Shown piece after piece: positions 59,341-64,000 of a DNA stretch of 64,000 nt; within the stretch, counting starts at the first letter, position 1, and the number at the start of each line of letters is the position of its first letter. Location of the stretch: assembly GCA_025201805.1 (NCBI GenBank), contig MU619238.1, forward strand, positions 5,184 through 69,183, given 5' to 3'. Under the pieces are notes generated by a model, which was given only the letters and a program-made list of their open reading frames with translations, was not told where the DNA came from and searched no databases. This DNA comes from Parasitella parasitica NRRL 2501 (taxonomy: Eukaryota > Fungi > Mucoromycota). Made by a program: the position numbers and the translations under genes.

Positions 59341-59665
59341 CATAAATATTCAAAATAATTCTCTAGTTAATGAATGATATGGTATTATGCTCTCTGGTAT
59401 CTTTCTAAGGTTGCAATCTTTTTTTTTTTTTTTTTAATACCATATCATTCAGTTAATTAGAGAACTATATTAGAGGTTGTATCTGACATAGTTTCTACAC
59501 TGTGCGCGGCTTGGAAAGGGATAAAGAGGTGACATATCAGACATTTTTTTGTTACAAATATTTTTCAAGTCGGGAACGGGAGTTGACTGGGATTAAGTTA
59601 AATACGACATCTAATTCAAAAATTCAGTAAATTGAGGGTGGAAGCGCTGTTCACTATAATCAAAC

Positions 59666-60893
59666 ATGAAAGAGTCGATCAATGAAGAAGAATCTGAGAA
59701 AACTACCCAAACTGTTCTCCCAGACATCAAAAAAATGACTAAAGTTATTCATAGTATGCCAAATGTTCGCTGGGCTCCTTTGACAGGCATTCCGTTCGAA
59801 AGAAGAGTCCAAACAGCCGTTGTTCTGTTGTGGGTTTTCCTTTTGGGCAATTGCATTACTCTGTTCTGTTGTTCCCTGTTTCTACCTGTCCTATGGCCTC
59901 TTCATATAGCTTACATCATCTATCTTTACCGTGATCAGTCGGCTGAGAATGGCGGGCGTCGCTCAGATTGGTTTCGACGCTTGCCAGTGTGGAACTATTT
60001 TGCTGGCTATTTCCCAGTTAAACTGGTGAAAGAATCAGATTTGAACCCTTGCAAGAATTATGTCTTTGGCTACCATCCGCATGGAATAATTAGCATGGGG
60101 GCGTTTTGCAATTTCGCAACAGAGGCTACCAAGTTTTCAGAGTTATTTCCTGGCATTAATGCGTCTTTACTGACCCTCACAACCAACTTTAAATTCCCTA
60201 TTTACCGTGATATCATATTGGCTCTTGGCATCGCATCTGTTTCGCGCCATTCATGCGAGCATATCCTATCTTCAGGCCCAGGCCGTTCCATTGTCATTGT
60301 CATCGGTGGAGCTTCAGAGTCTCTGAGCGCTCGTCCGGGAATAGCTGATTTGGTGCTCAAAAAGAGATTAGGTTTTATTCGAATGGCAATTCGACATGGA
60401 GCCGATCTAGTGCCTACTTTCTCGTTTGGAGAAAATGATTTGTATGAGCAAGTTGACAACTCAAGCGGCAGTTGGCTCTGGAATGTTCAAAAGAGAATGC
60501 AGCGAGCTGTGGGATTCACTATGCCCTTGTTTCATGCTCGTGGCATTTTCAATTGTAAGCTACCTTCTTTCTGGAAAAAAAACAAGCAGATCAACTCATA
60601 TTTTTGTTAGACAATGTCGGATTGATTCCTTACAGACATCAAGTGGTTACTGTTGGTAAGGGAGCTTAACGCATGTAAAATGAAAGATAACGGTTACACT
60701 AACTGCCAAATAAAAACTTATAGTTGGAAACCCAATTTCTGTGCCTAAATTGAAGGCAGGTCAGACAGAGCCTACTCAAGAGCAGCTTCTGGAAACTCAG
60801 GCATTGTATATCGAGGAATTGGAGGCTATCTATGAAAAATATAAGGATGTCTATGCAAAAGACAGAAAACAAGATATGCGCATTATTAGTTAA
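59666..60893 (+). CDS. DGA1: Diacylglycerol O-acyltransferase type 2 (DGAT2)
   Basis: WAPLTGIPFERRVQT, GYFPVKL, FGYHPHGIIS, GGASESL, RLGFIRMAIRHGADLVPTFSFGEND, VGKPI. Two introns. Stop 60891-60893. Confidence 0.96.
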
Positions 60894-60959
60894 AAAGACT
60901 GAAGGAAATCATGGTATTTATTTATTGCATATATTTATTCTTAGAGAAATCTATAAAGA

Positions 60960-62110
60960 ACTGTGCTCGTAAAGAAGCATGATAAAAGGCAGAAGCTGCT
61001 TAATTTGCCATGTCCAATATTCTTTGAAATACATTGAGCGATGAAAGCACCACCTCTTCTAATAGTCTGTTTCTTTCATGTCAATTTTACTAATCTTTTC
61101 AAGTCCTGTATGGGCCGAAGCGAGACACATGCCAGGATTTGACCTGCTTCCAGTTGCAACTGATGTAACCTACAAGGCCGTCCAAGGTGATTACTACGCT
61201 TGCACTTCTGTCGTATATAACGAAGGGTTAAGAAAGCAGGTAGTAATCTTTCAAGCAATAATTGGTGGTTAAACAACAAAGTTTTACAGAAGGTATCTTT
61301 CGCTAGTTCTTCAGGTACTTTGACATACTAAAAGAACTTTTTTTCAAGTACTATCAGACTATTGATTCACTGAACTTATTGGTTTTTGCTTGTTGAATGT
61401 TTGAATCCCATCTCAATTACCACATTGAATGGCACAAGGACTTTTAGAAACCAGGAGCAAGAGCAATCCTGGCCTCCTTTTTCACTCATTAATAAAAACC
61501 CTGCGTCCTCCGTGATATAATCACTTGCAGTATCTCTATTCTTTAGCTTGGGAAATAATCGTTATGTCATAAAGATTTAAGTCTCAAGGCTACTTTATGT
61601 ATTGGGTGCAATCAGCAAGAAGAGTGATTCCCAACTATAAATGTTGTCCTTTTGGCTTCAAGGTCGCCATTTCTTCGTTTAGTGTACATTAATGTGCATT
61701 TCTGTTGAATCAACCTTCGATTGTACAGTTAATAGATTGAAGACTGAATTTCCTGTGGTTGAGTGGTGGTTGCAACCTTTTGTGAGCTCAGGGATATTTC
61801 CAGGGCAAAATCAAAGCAGACTCAATGCCTGCTGTGTCACCCTACTCGTAATTCGCACCAAAGAAGATGTTCAAGAGAGTGAATCTGGTGTAAAAGCATT
61901 GTTCTCCAAGGGACTTAACGAGGCACAGTGCCTGGTGTTAAACACAAGGATGGAAAGTGATTTTTCGGATATACTACCAGTAAATAAATCAATTCAGTTT
62001 TGCAGAACCATATAACAAGCTTGCATGCAGATAATTCGTCTTGCTTTATTAATTTAGTGAATGTCCTAGGCGATGGTAAATGTGGGTATCGTTGCTCTTG
62101 CTCATCAGAT
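60960..62110 (+). mobile_element. Heavily decayed Mutator-like (MULE) transposase remnant with a C-terminal OTU-like motif
   Basis: Fragments ATDVTYKAV..YYACTSVVY..VVIFQAII (first Asp region), QGYFMYWVQSARRV (decayed GCxxH), EFPVVEWWLQP..SGIFP, and VNVLGDGKCGYR (OTU catalytic motif). Many stops. Confidence 0.6.
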
Positions 62111-62998
62111 ACACGAACGTTTGCAAGTAAAAAAAAATCCATAAAAGATTTTTTTCGTAAGTATATTATGGTATACTCTATTTTGAGGGTTCATAGAAAC
62201 CTTCAATGTAAAAGTAGTTTCTTTGCAGCACATTCTATAAACAGAAAACCTTCCAATACCTTCCAAATAAAGTTTCAAATCACCTTTAATCAAGGACACA
62301 TTCTCTTTACAAAAAAAAAAGAGCACATCCTTAATTAAAGTAAACTCTCTTGTTGGCTTATGAATCTTTTCACAAGCTTATTTGCTTGAAGATGATCTTT
62401 CTGAAATGACTGTGCTATATGGAACAGCTAAATTTGCCCAATGTCACAGATAAATACATTATGCTTTAAAAACCGGTTTTTGTTTTGGATAAACATAATC
62501 AGAAGAGGGAGGATTGATTCAATGAAGAATGCACATGTCCCACAATCAAAGCGTAGCAGAATCAGGTTTAAGCCATCATCCCGAGATAAAATGTTGGGTG
62601 TCATAACGGCACTTTTATAGACATGTGAAATACACAAAAGAATCACTGGCTTTAAAACGGTTTACAACAACACAGCAAAATGTGATTCTCTTTTTCTTTC
62701 CCTCTTTTGCGGATTCTTTTTTTTTTTTTTTTTTTGTGTGCTATTTCTGTTCCATCAGAACATCGTCCCAACTCACTGATATTTCTGCCAACTATTCTTG
62801 TTCGTCTCATTTACACTGTCTAATTCATCGCATCGCAAAAGTTCCAGCCAGGAGAGCTCGTCTCATTTGGTTTCCAGTCAACAACAGCAATTGCCAGGAG
62901 GAGGAGACGCCGATGCAGATGAAGGATTTGCCTCGTCATCGTCGGTCGAAGAAGACCAAATATTCGAGGTGATACGACGCAAACGGAGCAGCCACCAA

Positions 62999-63946
62999 AT
63001 GCCAGCCAAGCCAAACGGGCCAGATCCCATTGAAAAGAGCCGTAAGCTCCTGCATGAAAAGATCAAAATGGCACCTTTGGAATCCGTTTTGTGGATCATT
63101 TCGTTTTCCTGGGTATTCTACCAAGTGTTTAGAACGAGGGCGTTTGACAATCAGGTCATTGCTGGCTGGATTGGCAGCATTTTACTGGGGATTTTGATGG
63201 TGCGCTTCTCTTCAAAACAAAAGAGCAGAAATGAAGACTCGGCAACCTCCTCTGATGAACAGCTGGATGTCCATGATCATGGCCATCATCATCACCATCA
63301 TCATCAGCACTTTCAACTCAAAAAATCAGATGGCGATCCACTGACAAAACCAGCCTGCAAGATATCAAACGAATTCCCAGAGTCAATCAACCGTATCTTT
63401 GGCGCCAGCAAAACATCATTCAGGTAAGCGGATTTTGGGTTTCAGAAAGAAGTCATCATCAAGACTGACTTTGGCCGCAGAGCGAACGCAGACGATGGTC
63501 TACTATGCGGTGTGTTGCTCTTGCCAATGGTAGCAGCCACAAAGCTTGTTGATGCATCGAGTAAAAACGCTGATCGATTTCAAATTGCCTACTTGCAGGT
63601 GAGGATGGAGCTTGTGCTATTTATGAGTGTCATTTTGCTGCTGCTCGTCCTGACCAACGATTATTCGCACCCTGTCAAACGAGTGATTCGCAAACGAGGA
63701 TTGTTTGTGTCCAGTATTTGCGTATCAGCATTATGCACGACACTCTTGACCCAGTTCACGCCTCTCGCTCCCGTATTGACAGAAACACCCGTTGCCATGA
63801 CAGTTTTGTCGGTCACCATGTTCCAATGGTTCCTCTATATTTGCGTTGTTACGCTGAAAAAATGCTTTACGCTGGGCGAAATGTGCGTTATTTCTCAGGC
63901 AGCTGCTGTGGTCGTGTACGGCGCATCAGAATACATTTGCTTGGCT
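62999..63946 (+). CDS. SEC59: Dolichol kinase, 5' part; continues beyond the window, true start uncertain
   Basis: After an intron (63424-63480): ANADDGLLCGVLLLPMVAA, several TM helices, LKKCFTLGEMCVISQ (FTLGE motif). Confidence 0.75.
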
Positions 63947-64000
63947 GTGAGTTTACATCATGATTTGTTTATTTTTATTTTTATTTTTTTTTTTTTTTTT

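Noticed and set aside
1-64000. U12-type (minor spliceosome) introns
   Set aside because: None of the donors I inspected matched [GA]TATCCTT; all looked like ordinary GT-AG introns.

Overview
Eukaryotic, intron-rich, AT-rich fungal DNA. The short GT-AG introns, the CigA-like gene and the transposon types point to Mucorales (Mucoromycota); this is an inference. Housekeeping genes: RAD3/XPD, MET22, a polyol dehydrogenase, a TVP38/TMEM41 protein, RPN12, cornichon, an O-fucosyltransferase-like gene, SNF4, ILV6, an IRC3-like helicase, three tandem GSTs, a CsbD-like gene, SAL1, an ArAE/FUSC transporter, tRNA-Leu(UAA), an alpha/beta hydrolase, DGAT2 and the 5' part of dolichol kinase. These are interleaved with accessory tracts holding a Tc1/IS630 fragment, a complete-ended non-autonomous Helitron, a decayed MULE with an OTU motif, PD-(D/E)xK nuclease-like orphan genes and several pseudogenes. 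There are three assembly gaps. The most striking items are an intronless 8-kb ORF encoding about 14 ASH/PapD-like Ig repeats (a Hydin-like architecture in a fungus presumed to lack flagella), a hairpin-dense ~560-nt intergenic segment whose G-U pairs favour the + strand, the nuclease-like orphan family, and an apparent frameshift in SAL1. Splice sites and RNA pairings were read by eye; no searches or folding programs were run.
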